Origin: Octopus vulgaris | Taxonomy: Eukaryota | NCBI GenBank assembly: GCA_951406725.2 | Contig: OX597827.1 | Coordinates: forward strand, 4,650,001-4,714,000 | Direction of reading: 5' to 3' | Length of the DNA: 64,000 nucleotides | Shown here: positions 1 to 12,045 of the stretch, piece after piece | Layout: every line of letters begins with the position of its first letter | Position numbering within the stretch: the first letter of the stretch is position 1 | Made by a program: the position numbers and the translations under genes | The notes under the pieces: generated by a model | What the model saw: only the letters and a program-made list of their open reading frames with translations | Databases searched by the model: none | What the model was told of the DNA's origin: nothing

Positions 1-370
1 TACAATAAATGCACTCCCTCATCAACACCAGTGAAATATAACCTTGAAAGAAAATTTCCAGTATCGGGTCATGCATGACTAAATTTACTAAAGACTTTAG
101 TTTGGTACCAGCATTACCAGAGTAGTCTATCCTGGATCACTGACTGCTAATTAATTATTATTTTGAACGATATGCTTTATGATCCATGGAGAAGTAGCAA
201 TGAAACAATTCATGCACAAAAGCGATAGAGTTACAGAAAAATTCACCAGATGGTTTTATTTCTTTTTTTTATTTCTTTAAGAAAGAAGGACAGTACTTTG
301 CTAGTTGCTGATATTAATGTATTTGTATCTAAGCTGGATCTCTATAAGGTGATGCATACATAGAAATTGT

Positions 371-372
<2 letters not shown>

Positions 373-465
<93 letters not shown>
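373..465. repeat. (GA)n microsatellite
   Basis: Uninterrupted AG dinucleotide run. Confidence 0.98.
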
Positions 466-467
<2 letters not shown>

Positions 468-760
468 AGATAAACAAGTAGGAAGAGAGGGTGCAGTTCT
501 TCTGTGAAAGGTTGGGTCTATTGTTTAATCTGATGCTTGAGAAATAAAATATAGGAAGAATGACAAAGAAGAAGAAGATTATCAGTTTAGCTTGGGTGAT
601 AATAGTAAACAGCCTTCTAAACCAGAAGAGTGGTAACCATTGCAGTAATGATAGTAGAAACAGTGAGAATGCATCATATTAGTGGCCTAATGCTTGTAGT
701 AGTTGTGTATAAAGTGAGTGAAAATTTACCTCAGCTGAATAGCCTGTATGTAGATGTGAT

Positions 761-992
761 TTAACCCTTTAGCATTTAAACCGGCCATATCTGGCCAAAA
801 GTATTCTACCTGTTTTATGTTCAAATTGGCCAGATCTGGTCTCTCACACCAGCCCTACAATATCATTTAAAAAATTATTAACAGCTAACTCATCAAAATA
901 TCATAGCTCCAAGATAATGCCTGATTAGTTCAAGGCAATGTGGATAAAAAAGGATTCATTTTGGCAGAATAATGCGAACACTAAAAGGTTAA
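761..992. mobile_element. piggyBac-type MITE (family 1)
   Basis: TTAA|CCCTTTAG ... CTAAAAGG|TTAA: short TIRs starting CCC, TTAA on both sides, no ORF. Confidence 0.8.
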
Positions 993-1208
993 ATTGTTTG
1001 TGAGTATAGGAACTGACACATCACATATGTATGAGCAGTATTTTAATGAAGGCCACATTTGTACTATCCAGAAAGATTAGAAACTGCTCAGATCTCTATA
1101 ATTTTCTGACTCTGAAGGGAAAGCCGAGTGAATCAATTGTAGTTTTGGCTATATTATTAATCTGTGGTCATGATGAAAAGGCCTGTCATTCATAATAACA
1201 GTGAATGG

Positions 1209-1440
1209 TACATTATTTACATTTGATGGATATTTGCCCTCATCTTGTTTGTTGTTAACACATTGTTTTGGCTGATATACTCATCTGGTGTCTTGGGGAA
1301 ATTTTGAACCTGGGTTCTCATTCCTAAGGTATTTTTTAATGCTGTTGTTATTATTATTATTCAGGCCACTTCCTGGAATCGAATTTGGAATCTTGGGGTT
1401 AGTAGCCCGCACTCTTAACCACCACGCCATATGCCCGTGG
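1209..1440 (-). mobile_element. tRNA-headed, Penelope-derived short element (copy 1; hammerhead partly deleted)
   Basis: Reverse complement reads GGCATATGGCGTGGTGGTTAAGAG..GGCTACTAACCCC..TTCGATTCC, then the same tail as 7470-7685. Confidence 0.85.
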
Positions 1441-1858
1441 ATGGCTTCATTGTGTTTTGTTCACAAGAAGCTGTATTCCTGTGTTTCTTACATATGCATC
1501 TCGGTGCAACTGAATAAGAATAGTTTCCCATGTCCCCGTTAGATGATGTTTTGAAGATCTTTGTTTATGTTAGTCATGCATGTCTGGAAAGTGGGTGTCT
1601 TGGCTGCATATAAATAACACCCGAAGAACAAAGATATTGTAATCAACATTAGATACTTTTTAGTTAGAAATGACCAAGGGAAAGTCATATAGGTATGTGA
1701 CCAAGCTTGCTGGGTCACCAGCTGATAGAAATGTAAGGTTGATAGAGTGAAAAGTAAAAAAGAGAGTGAAAGAGAGAGAGAAAGAGAGAGAGAGTGCTGT
1801 TAACGTATAGTATTATGGAATAATCTGACAAACAATATGTATCTAATTGCACTATATA

Positions 1859-2253
1859 TCCTTATATATAAAAGTGAGGTTGTGTACTGTCTGTCTCCTA
1901 CGATTTAGATTCCTAACTACTCCCACAATTTGCGGTGCAGTTTAACCAAAACCGGGTATCTTATAGTCGTGATTCATATCGAGCCCATCTGGGTATTAGC
2001 GCATGTCTACGATGAGTCTACGATTTAAAAAAAAATTTACCATCAATTTTTCCCATTTTTAATGCATTTTTGGCATATATAAGGGAAGAAACTCTCTAGA
2101 AATTTATTATTAAATCTCAGAATGTAAAAAGCTACAGTAACACCCCCCTTTGTGGTTAGCTATATTGAGATAGCTATTATACTTTACATCTCTAAAAATG
2201 CTTATATAGTTATTTCCCTTACAAACCCAAGCAACGCCGGGCGATACTGCTAG
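1859..2253 (+). mobile_element. Non-autonomous Helitron (copy 1)
   Basis: A|TC 5' end, subterminal CCC(A/G)AGCAACGCCGGG hairpin, CTAG|T 3' end, no TSD; near-identical to 8031-8433. Confidence 0.85.
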
Positions 2254-2807
2254 TATATATATAAACACAAGTTGATGTTTAGATGCAGGTCAGACAGTCC
2301 TGATTAAGAAGGTCTATGACCAAAGTATAGGTCTAGTTTTTCAATTAAACTTCAGAAGTTTAACTCAGTTTAACATATTAGGTCATCAAATATGAAATTT
2401 GTAGTAAGGTGTATGGTAAACTTTGACTGCTGCTCATTTTGCACCATTATTATACTTTGACGATCTTTATTTCTTGTTAGAAAGCTGACACATGGATTTG
2501 TATATGTAACTTACTTCATAAGAATCAATCTTCTTCAGAAGGTAGGTTTCATAAAAATAGGATAAGCACAATAAGGAGAAGCCCAGGAAATGTAACTACA
2601 CAAGATATTTTCAGAAACTAAGATTGAAATTATCAAAAGAAACATTTATACAGACACACATACTAAGACTTGTATTTATAGATCAGTAAAGCAATGAATA
2701 GGCTGTTGTTACAGCATTAGGTAGATTACCTTGCAGTATTCATTCTAGCTCTCTGTGCTCGGGGCTTAAATACTAGCATGGTCACCCTTATTTTTCATCT
2801 TTAGCAT

Positions 2808-3201
2808 TTTTTGTTTTGGAAGCACTCCGTCGGTTACGACGACAAGGGTTCCGGTTGATCCAATCAACGGAACAGCCTGCTCGTGAAATTAACGTGTAAG
2901 TGGCTGAGCACTCCACAGACATGTGTACCCTTAACGTAGTTCTCGGGGATATTCAGCGTGACACAGAAAGTGACAAGGCCGGCCCTTTGAAATACAGGTA
3001 CAACCGAAACAGGAAGTAAGAGTGAGAGAAAGTTGTGGTGAAAGAGTACAGCAGGGATCACCACCATGCCCTGCCGGAGCCTCGTGGATCTTTTAGGTGT
3101 TTACGCTCAATAAACACTCACAATGCCCGGTCTGGGAATCGAAACCGCGATCCTATGACCGCGAGTCCGCTGCCCTAACCACTGGGCCATTGCGCCTCCA
3201 C
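2808..3201 (-). mobile_element. tRNA-derived SINE (head GTGGAGGCGCAATGGCCCAGTGG), full length
   Basis: Box A/B-like head, A-rich tail, 12-bp TSD CATCTTTAGCAT at 2796-2807 and 3202-3213. Confidence 0.9.
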
Positions 3202-3740
3202 CATCTTTAGCATAGGCAGCTGATAAAAGTTTTAAATGGTGATGGTAGCAGGGGACAATTCTTCTCTTTCAGTCTGTCCCTTTATCCATCTAGAATTAAT
3301 GAGCTGTGGTTTGATATGAAGAGGGATGGGCTTGATCAGCTTCAAAAGGGCCTCAAACATGTATGTCAGTGGTATCCCTCAGACACCATTAGGGTTTGAA
3401 AGCCCAAGGCAAGAGATATACGTACACACTAATATATTTCCATATATATTCATGAGTTGTACAGGAAGCCTATTCAAGTGTTCAAAAATGAGTCTATGAC
3501 TCCATTTAATAATTTATTTTATATTGTATTTTTTGAAGACTAGTGGCATTAATTATAGATTTCCAATGAGCCAGTAACTTGTTCTTGGCTTTTTTCTGAT
3601 GGTGAGAGAGATGAGGAAGCATATGTGCAAGGTTTTTTTTGTTCAAAAGCAGTAGTCAATTGTTTTCTCACTGATACTTACATCTTTTGGCTAACACACA
3701 CACACGTGCACTTACGCATGCATGCCCGCACGTGCACACA

Positions 3741-3775
<35 letters not shown>

Positions 3776-4089
3776 GCGCGTATGTCTTGGTAATAAAAGT
3801 TGATGAGGTTGAAATGCATCTTGTGTTCTTGCTGGACACTGTTAGGATGATTTTCAACTCCCTCCACTATCGTGTTTTTAAATAGAGCACGTCTTAAGAG
3901 ATGTTTACTCTGGATGAATACGGCAATATACTGGCTTTCAATAATGTATTTACGTTAAGTATGGTACATAGTCTAGAGAGTCACATGACTTCTTTTCTCT
4001 TCCTTTGTGTGGCCACCGCCTTTTCTCTTCCTTTGTATAGTTTCCCTCTTTTCCCTTATGTATGGTTACACCTAGAATACTTTAGCCCA

Positions 4090-4845
4090 ATGTAGTCTCT
4101 CCTACTAAACAAAACATTATGAGAATTGAGGCACTCAAAGAGCAATTACAACGACTATAAATGGCATGACTGATTTTGATTATTAGGTCCATCTTAAAAC
4201 ACTGAAAATGTATTCTCTCCAATACTACTGTGAACACTACATCATTTGCATAATGTAGAGGATATACCACCAGCATTGCCAAAACAACTTAATATCAAAT
4301 TTGCAATTCACCAAAGGCTAAGACTTCAAACCATATTCAGGCTCACAAAGCATAACCATATTGCAAGATAATTACTTTTCCTCGCTGCCTTTACTTTGTT
4401 TAACCCTTTTGTTACCAACCTGCCTGAAACCGGCTCTGGCTCTGAGTACAAATTGTCTTGTTTTCACAAGTTTTGAATTAAAATCTTTCACCAAACCTTA
4501 GTCACAATTTATGTTCCTAACACTAGCTTAAAGATAACCAAGTTATTTTACTAAATTCTTTGTTATATTTAAAGTAATTGAAACAAACATAGAGTATCTC
4601 AAAATGAATACAGTAACGAAAGGGTTAATATTCTTCTAAAACAAATCAAACAAGTATAAGATCTTATAACGTTAAAATGATAAATGGACAAATTTCTTCA
4701 ATAAGATACCTGACAAAGTACACCTGGGTGCATCTCTGTCAATAACCACTCCCTACTTGAATAGCTTTGGAACCACAAAACTTAAAAATTGCTCTACAAA
4801 TTCAGTCAGGTGGTGTTATTAAGTTACAAATGACCTGGGCCAACT
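4090..4845 (+). mobile_element. Degenerate CR1-like LINE 3' end, interrupted by a piggyBac MITE
   Basis: Remnant LFNILxK..DKFL..IPD..SLL motifs typical of CR1-group ORF2 C-termini; similar in character to 32770-33300. Confidence 0.5.
4400..4628. mobile_element. piggyBac-type MITE (family 2)
   Basis: TTAA|CCCTTTTGTTAC ... GTAACGAAAGGG|TTAA: 12-bp TIR with one mismatch and a TTAA TSD. Confidence 0.9.
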
Positions 4846-4849
4846 TTGG

Positions 4850-4985
4850 TGTGAGATTAAGAAACTTGCTTCCCAACCATGAGGTCTCAAGTTCAGTCGT
4901 ACTGCATGGCACTGTAGATAAATGTCTTCTTCTATTGCTCTGACCTGATCAAAGCTTTATGAGTGTATTTAGAAAGAAGCTTGTA
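4850..4985 (+). mobile_element. Old 5' fragment of the major SINE family
   Basis: AAGAAACTTGCTTCCCAACC..GTTCAGTC..CTGCATGGCAC similar to the 13067 family head. Confidence 0.7.
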
Positions 4986-5253
4986 TGTGTACATATGTGT
5001 ATATATATATAAGCATATGTGAATGTATGTTTGTGTGTATGTCTCTAAACAGCAGAATATGTACACACACACACACACACACATTTCTGCGAATGTTTGT
5101 GTTGCGGTGAATGTGTATGTGTGTGAGTGTGTGAGAGTGTATGTATGTGTGTATGTATGTGTATATATATATGTTCTTATAGCTGGGTAACTAGACCATG
5201 GATGTTTGTTGACAAATTTATAACTCTACTAGCAAGTGAATTCTATACAGATC

Positions 5254-5399
5254 CGTTAGGAAGGGCATCCAGCCGTAGAAACACTGCCAGATCTGACTGG
5301 GCCTGATGCAGCCTTCTGGCTTCACAGACCCCAGTTGAACCGTCCAACCTATGCTAGCATGGAAAACAGATGCTAAATGATGATGATGATGATGATGAT
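5254..5399 (+). mobile_element. 5'-truncated RTE 3' tail with (GAT)n end
   Basis: TTAGGAAGGGCATCCAGC..CATGCTAGCATGGAAAA..(GAT)n, same as the 3' end of the RTE at 40473-42075; GATCC on both flanks. Confidence 0.85.
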
Positions 5400-5845
5400 C
5401 CCAGTTCTTTTTTTCTTATTCTTTAAAGGCTCTTTTCCTAGATTGCTAGCTCTTTTCCTAGACAGTACAGTTATAGGGACATAAACAAACCAAAATTGAT
5501 TATCGAACAGTAGACATGGGGGTTCAGACACAAACACTTATGTATACATAATATACATATCAATCTGTCTGTATGTATGCATCTGTAACAGGTTTCCACA
5601 CAGTTTCTGTCTACCAAATTCGAATGGCTCCATGCAGTTGCCGAGCAGAAGCCAAGAGACTGGAAAAAGCCACTCGAAAGGGCTCAATGGTGATGGCATG
5701 GGAAGATAATTTACTTAAACAGTTTGGGTCAAGATGGGAAAGAAGGGTGCAATCAACAAAGACTTGGAAGCACATTGTGGTCAGCAGTGTATAAGAGCAT
5801 CTAATGATCTGGTTGATACAGTGACAGATATGTGGGCATGGCGTA

Positions 5846-6000
5846 GGTGCGGGCATGGCTGTGTGGTTAGGGAGCTTGCTTCCTAGCTATATGGTTTCGG
5901 GTTCAGTCCCACTGCGTGGCACTTTGGGTAGGTGTCTTTCACTATAGCCCCGAGCCGACCGGAGCTTTGTGATTGAATTCGGTAGGTGGAAGTTACTGCC
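5846..6000 (+). mobile_element. Diverged 5' part of the major SINE family
   Basis: GGCTGTGTGG..GGGTTCAGTCCCACTGCGTGGCAC..CTATAGCCCCGAGCCGACC. Confidence 0.85.
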
Positions 6001-6369
6001 GTGTGTGTATGTGTGCGTTTAGCTGCTCAGTGCCTCTCCGAAAGAGAGAGAGGGATACTTAGAATTAAAAGCAGAAAAAAAAATATCACAGATAAATCAT
6101 AATTTAATTACTGGAAATTGGAAAGTGATCAAGTTATGTTCTATCTGCAAAAAAATTATACATATTTGCTTTTCCTTCAAAACACACATTGCTATTGAGG
6201 ATCATTTTAGATGATTATGTGTATACATGTAAACATCCTCCACTAGTTTTTCAGGAAGCTTATAACATGTAGGAGTTTGACAACTTATTATTAATTCAAC
6301 TCTTAGTTACCTTAGATGTATGTCTTTTTATACAGACGTGTATGTGAATACACACATTACATACCTTTC

Positions 6370-6545
6370 ACCTTTTACTTGGACTATGGCCATGCAGAAA
6401 TAACACCTTGAAGGGTTTTTAGTCAAACAAATTGCCACCAGTACTAATCTTTCAAAGCCTGGTACTTATTCTGTTGGTTCTGTTCTTGTTGTACCATTTA
6501 GATAGAGGGATGTAAACAAACCAACAGTTATTGTAAATGCACAAA
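6370..6545 (-). mobile_element. Old 3' part of the major SINE family
   Basis: GACTATGGCCATGC..GGTACTTATTCT..GGGATGTAAACAAACCAAC matches the reverse-strand SINE body. Confidence 0.65.
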
Positions 6546-6639
6546 CACACACATACACACAAACATATATACATACACACACATACATAGATAGACACAA
6601 ACACATACATACATACATATACACACACACACACAGAAG

Positions 6640-6875
6640 ACACAATGGGTAAATTGTTGCCATTTTATATTTTTAATTTCACACATGTGCATTGTTTTTG
6701 ATTTTGTTGATTACACAGTATAGTAGGGTCAGTTGGGCACTATCTGTGAGAAAAACAGCACTATGACCCAATTGACTCTGCCAGAAATTTGGAAACGACA
6801 TGCTATAGTGCTTGGCATTCATGCTGGAAGCTCCAATACAAACATTTCAAAGTGTTTAGGTGTAAATCTGAAGAT
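6640..6875 (+). mobile_element. Tc1/mariner (maT-like) transposase 5' remnant
   Basis: Translates MTQLTLPEIWKRHAIVLGIHAGSSNTNISKCLGVNL, resembling an N-terminal HTH; truncated where the Penelope remnant begins. Confidence 0.5.
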
Positions 6876-7467
6876 GAACTGATACACAGCATGAGAAATG
6901 ATCAAGCTCAATAACGATCTGTTAAGCAACAACCACAAAAAGTATACTATCCACTCCAGTTATGAAGAAGAGAGAGGATGAGGCCAGTAAACTGTCCACA
7001 GTCTGTCTACCCTATGTGAAAGGCTTCTCCGAAAAGATACAAAAGAGATGCAGCCCATATGACATCAGGACAGTATTCAAGAGTAATACAACACTTCGCG
7101 AATATCTCCTTTGAGTAAAACCACCAATAAAAGAGAATATGACCAAAGACTGCGTGTATTCCATCCCATGCTACCCTCTCAAAATAAGACGAACATTGCA
7201 AAGCTGTGACATGAGGAGATATTGATAAATTGGGTATAGCTGATCATGTATGGTAAAATGGAGACCACCTCCCCTGTGGGATGAAGTTAAAATAATAGAC
7301 AGAGAACACCACTGGAAAATACGAAAACTAAAAGAAGCAGCACATATGCAAGGACACAACAACCTCCTAAGCAGACCGAGTGAAGATATGAGCAGCATAT
7401 GGGAAGGATAGAATTAATGAAGGATAGAAAAATATTAGATTTATAAGCCCTAAAATTCACTCCATAA
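6875..7467 (+). pseudogene. Penelope-like element ORF remnant (RT C-terminal linker + GIY-YIG endonuclease)
   Basis: Translates LPYVKGFSEKIQKRCSPYDIRTVFKSNTTL..DCVYSIPC..IADHVW..WDEVKIIDREHHWKIRKLKEAAHM with stops and frameshifts; typical PLE EN C-terminus. Confidence 0.85.
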
Positions 7468-7469
7468 TT

Positions 7470-7685
7470 GCCCACAGGCATATGGTGTAGTGGTTAAGAG
7501 CACTGGCTACTAACCCCAAGATTCTGAGTTCGATTTGAAGCAGTGACCTGAACAATAATAATAATAATAACATTAAAAACCTTAGGAATGAGAACCCAAA
7601 CACCTGATGAAGGCTGGAGGGTATATCAGTCGAAATGTTGTATTAACAACAAACAAGATGAGAACAATGTAAATAATGTAAGTAA
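7470..7685 (+). mobile_element. PLE 3' module: tRNA-like head + hammerhead (copy 2)
   Basis: Directly follows the ORF stop; tRNA-like 7477-7548; CTGATGA..GAAA core 7604-7635. Confidence 0.85.
7599..7644 (+). ncRNA. Minimal type I hammerhead ribozyme motif
   Basis: AACAC CTGATGA A GGCTG-GAGGGTATAT-CAGTC GAAA TGT T GTATT. Confidence 0.65.
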
Positions 7686-8030
7686 TGCTCACCATTCCTG
7701 CCTAAAATCGAGTGAAACAGAGTTGATTTAACAAGATACCATCACTTGAGGAGATATGTCTGTACCAAGTGGTGCACCACAACCACTTGCACAATATCCT
7801 ACCCACAAGGGATTGATGCATGGTGTATCGAAATGTGAGCAATAAAGTTTTTTGTATATTCCATTTTTCATCTCTATCATTCATCATATACTTGACATAC
7901 GTTGAAGAATTCCTGATGTAGATCCATCAGTAATTGTATTAATACCGTGAATGACATCAGGTAGCTATAGTCAGTGAGTGTGCTTCATCGGCTTACTACT
8001 AGGAACATAGCAACACTTATATTCTCATAA

Positions 8031-8433
8031 TCTTTATATATAAAAGTGAAGTTGCGTGTCTGTCTCCTACGATTTAGATTCCTAACTACTCCCACATTTT
8101 GCGGTGCAGTTTAACCAAAAGCGGGTATCTTATAGTCGTGATTTATATTGAGCCCTTCTGGGTATTAGTGCGCGTCTACGATGAGTATACGATTTAAAAA
8201 AAAATTTACCATAATTTTTTCCCATTTATAATGCATTTTTGGCATATATAAGGGAAGTTACTCTCTAAAAATTTATTATTAAATCTCAGAACGTAAAAAG
8301 CTACATATTGAGATGGCTATTATATATATATTAAAAGCTACATATTGAGATGGCTATTATACTTTACATCTCTAAAAATGCTTATATAGTTAGTTCCCTT
8401 ACAAACCCGAGCAACGCCGGGCGATACTGCTAG
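8031..8433 (+). mobile_element. Non-autonomous Helitron (copy 2)
   Basis: A|TC..CCCGAGCAACGCCGGG..CTAG|T; internal duplication of AAAAGCTACATATTGAGATGGCTATTATA. Confidence 0.85.
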
Positions 8434-9294
8434 TTATTTATAAAAACACACACACACATTATTTTACTGAAGCTAAAACGATTTCGTAAACTGTTACTCA
8501 GAGTTTTGTGTAACCATTCACAAGACAATCATGATTATTCAAAGCAATACAATAGTTAATAAGTGTTTATAAATATTCATGACCATCAACTCATTGAATA
8601 GATATTTAAAGCTGATTGGGTATTTACTTTTGGAAACACTAGTCTATTGGAAAGAGGTGATTGACCATCACAGAAAAATAAATAGACATGAAGGTGAGTC
8701 ACATAGAAATTAAAAATCAAGAAACTGGATAGTGAAGAATTCATAGAAACTGGTGTGGGAGATACACATAATTAGAAAAACCCTATCAGAAATAAACTGT
8801 TGCAATTGATTAAAATAGAATTAAAATGGATATAAGAATTAAGAAATAAAAATTAACATAATGGTAACTCAGTATCACAGACAAAAATAATAAATAAATA
8901 AATGAATAAATTAAAAATAGATTAAACTAAAAAGGAGGAGGTAAAATTAGTTTTGGGAGAAAACAGAAGCAAGAATAATGCTAAAAATGAGAGGAGAAAT
9001 AAAAGACGAAGGGAAAGGTGTAGGTTGTGACTGAAGGTAAGAGATATATATGTAAGGGTTTATGTGTGATTAAGCGTCAATTTAGCTTGAAGTTCAAGGA
9101 ATGTGATCCTCATAACTTTGTAAGTAGTAACGAAGGAAAAAAGAAACACCAAATTAATTAAGTGTATTCTGTTCATTTTTTTTCTTCTTCAAATTCAAAC
9201 TTCTAATCCTGACAATCATGAAGAAATAATTATCTCCCCTCTATTAACTATCTGCTAGGGGACGCCACCTGTAAAAACTAAGATATATGTACAT

Positions 9295-9323
9295 GCACAC
9301 ACACACACACATATGTATATATA

Positions 9324-9377
<54 letters not shown>

Positions 9378-9622
9378 TACACACATACTCTCTAAGATCT
9401 ATCTATCTATATAATATATATATTAATATTTATGTATGAAATGGTATATACCAATACATACACACACACATATGTATATATATGTGTGTGTGTGTGTATA
9501 TATATATATATACAAATACACACTTACACTCTAAGATCTATCTATCTATATAATATATATATATTAATATTTATGTAAGAAATGGTATATACCAATACAT
9601 ACATATACACACACACACACGT

Positions 9623-9662
<40 letters not shown>
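9295..9662. repeat. Tandem duplication of a ~150-bp microsatellite-containing unit, plus (CA)n
   Basis: CTCTAAGATCTATCTATC..GAAATGGTATATACCAATACATA occurs twice. Confidence 0.85.
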
Positions 9663-9664
<2 letters not shown>

Positions 9665-9689
9665 ACTTGAAGCACTTTCAAACACTTAC

Positions 9690-9854
9690 CTGCACATGTT
9701 CTCTCCCTTATACTCTCACTCTCATAGAAATTTATGAGACTTCTTAATTTTCAGGGAATAAAATAATAAGCTACATGATGCATGGTTCTCTCAGATATCG
9801 AGAGAATTATAATAAAACGGTCAGAATATTACTTCCACTCAATCATAGGTTTAA
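9690..9854 (-). other. Candidate exon of an unidentified minus-strand gene (5' UTR, possibly with start codon)
   Basis: Acceptor TTTACTGTTTCTAATAG|, donor CAG|GTAAGT, ends AAC ATG TGC AG; splice signals only, no homology recognised. Confidence 0.3.
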
Positions 9855-10163
9855 CTATTAGAAACAGTAAATGAATTAGAAACAATAAATGAAATGGACT
9901 ATTGATTTTCATTGTAGAAAAAAATCTCTCTTCCGCAGTTTTCTAACCACAACTGAAAGTTGTTCACTATCAGCTTTTGTAATGAACACATTAGGGAAGC
10001 AATTTCTGCAGTGTGAAGAACACTCCATAATTAAGGCCTTTTCTTTTTTATTCATTTATTTTTTGTTATTTTGTTTGTTTCATGATATAAAATAAGTTTC
10101 GAGAATGAAAAAAAAAAAGCATCAAATATAAACATTTAAAATTATTTTTAATTAAAGTGTGTA

Positions 10164-10168
<5 letters not shown>

Positions 10169-10211
<43 letters not shown>

Positions 10212-10375
10212 ATAGATCAAGAAATAGAAAAATAAAGAGATGAGAGTATAAGAGAGTGAGAGAGAGGGAGAAAGAGAAGGAGAGAAAAAGACAAAAACAG
10301 AGAGATGGTAATATGTGATAAAGAGAAGAGAGAAAGAAATTGAAGGGAGAGAGAAGAGGAAGGAAAGGAAAAACA
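10169..10375. repeat. (GA)n / polypurine tract
   Basis: AG run followed by purine-rich low-complexity sequence. Confidence 0.9.
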
Positions 10376-10837
10376 TTTGAGATTGGTTTTATTTTCCTTG
10401 GAAAATACAAAGTAAAAAAATATCCATATAACTACCTATAAAAAATTTGTCATTTTTTTAATGAATATTATTTTTTTAAGTATTAAGAGGCCAGATTATT
10501 CTTGAAGTGTAGATAAAGAGTGAGCAGGGCATGTTAATGACTTTGGAGTAATAGGCATTTCTAGAATGGAAAATTTATAATTGTATGTTGAATAAAGCTA
10601 TGTTATATAGATCTGTGTGTACACATATTTCAATGCTTAAGTGTGTGTGTGCAGTGTGTATAAAATACACATCTGTACATATGTTTGTATGTGTGTATGT
10701 ATGTGTATATACTTAGACACACATACGCACAGAGTATTATATATATATACATACTATCATTATTCAATGCCTGTCTTTCATGTATGTATGGGTAGGATGG
10801 TTGAGAGGAGCCAGTCAGGTAGAAGACTACCCCAGGC

Positions 10838-10868
<31 letters not shown>

Positions 10869-10922
10869 TACAATAATATTATGTGCAAGTGTGTGTGTAT
10901 CTCTCTATATATGAGATTTATC

Positions 10923-10967
<45 letters not shown>

Positions 10968-11114
10968 CTCCATGTACAGGTGTATAGATTCATATACTGT
11001 ATGTACAATAATATCATGTGCAAGTGTGTGTGTATCTCTATATATGTATGTAATGTGTGTATATACATATGTATCTACACACACACACATACACATATAT
11101 ATATATGCATATAC

Positions 11115-11155
<41 letters not shown>

Positions 11156-11189
11156 TATGTATATACATACACACACACATATATATATA

Positions 11190-11229
<40 letters not shown>
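10838..11229. repeat. Compound (TA)n/(CA)n microsatellite with internal duplication
   Basis: CAATAATAT(T/C)ATGTGCAAGTGTGTGTGTATCTCT occurs twice among TA/CA runs. Confidence 0.9.
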
Positions 11230-11230
<1 letters not shown>

Positions 11231-11379
11231 TTTGTAGAAAACATAGATCTGGAGAAGAAGCACACTGTAAGATGTAGAGCAGTGTATGTCTGTCTGTGTG
11301 TGTGTATATCTTTTATTCAAGAAAAGATGCACTCAAAACAAAGCTACACAATAGAGTACATGCCAAATTCTTCAATAGT

Positions 11380-11770
11380 ACCATCCTACCTGTGCTCTTA
11401 TATGCAACAAAGACATGAGTTGCTACAATGCAATGGGCCATGGAAAGATCCATGCTAGGAATATCATAATGAGAGCATAGTAAGAATGAGATGATTCAAG
11501 AATGGAGCAGAGCGAACAGTGTGAATGCAGAGTACCAAAAGCACAACTGGGGTTGACATGCTGCAAAATTTACAGACAGCAGGTGGGCTCATGCACTTGC
11601 CAAGTCGTATTCAAAATATTGAAAATAAGCCACCAGGAATGCCTCCACAATGATTGGAAGATGATTTAGTTAAGCAATTTGGGTTGAGATGAAAAAGAAT
11701 GGTTGCGTCCAAGACAAAATTGAAGTGCATTGTGATCAGCAGTGTATAACAGCTGACAGTTTGGTTGATG
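11380..11770 (+). mobile_element. Highly degenerate RTE-like LINE 3' fragment
   Basis: KHNWG*HAAKFTDSRWAHAL resembles the WAGH..R..D.RW C-terminal motif of RTE ORFs. Confidence 0.5.
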
Positions 11771-11779
11771 CTGTGATAT

Positions 11780-11817
11780 ATGTGTATGTATGTATGTATA
11801 TATATCTATACCTATAC

Positions 11818-11857
<40 letters not shown>

Positions 11858-11984
11858 ATGTCTGTCTGTCTGTCTGTCTATCTATCTGTCTGTCTGTCTG
11901 TCTGTCTGTACGTATATTCCCACACGCACACATTCACAACATGTCTCTTCTTCTTCTTCTTCTTTTTCTACTTCTTCTTCTTCT

Positions 11985-12045
<61 letters not shown>

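Noticed and set aside
7100-7260. In-frame TGA codons in the PLE ORF as selenocysteine
   Set aside because: More simply explained as CGA>TGA CpG decay in a copy that also has frameshifts and a TAA stop; no SECIS recognised
7477-7548. Functional tRNA genes (also at 18750, 36420, 49856 and other SINE heads)
   Set aside because: Acceptor stems do not pair properly, copies are diverged and are attached to repeat bodies; these are SINE-type heads
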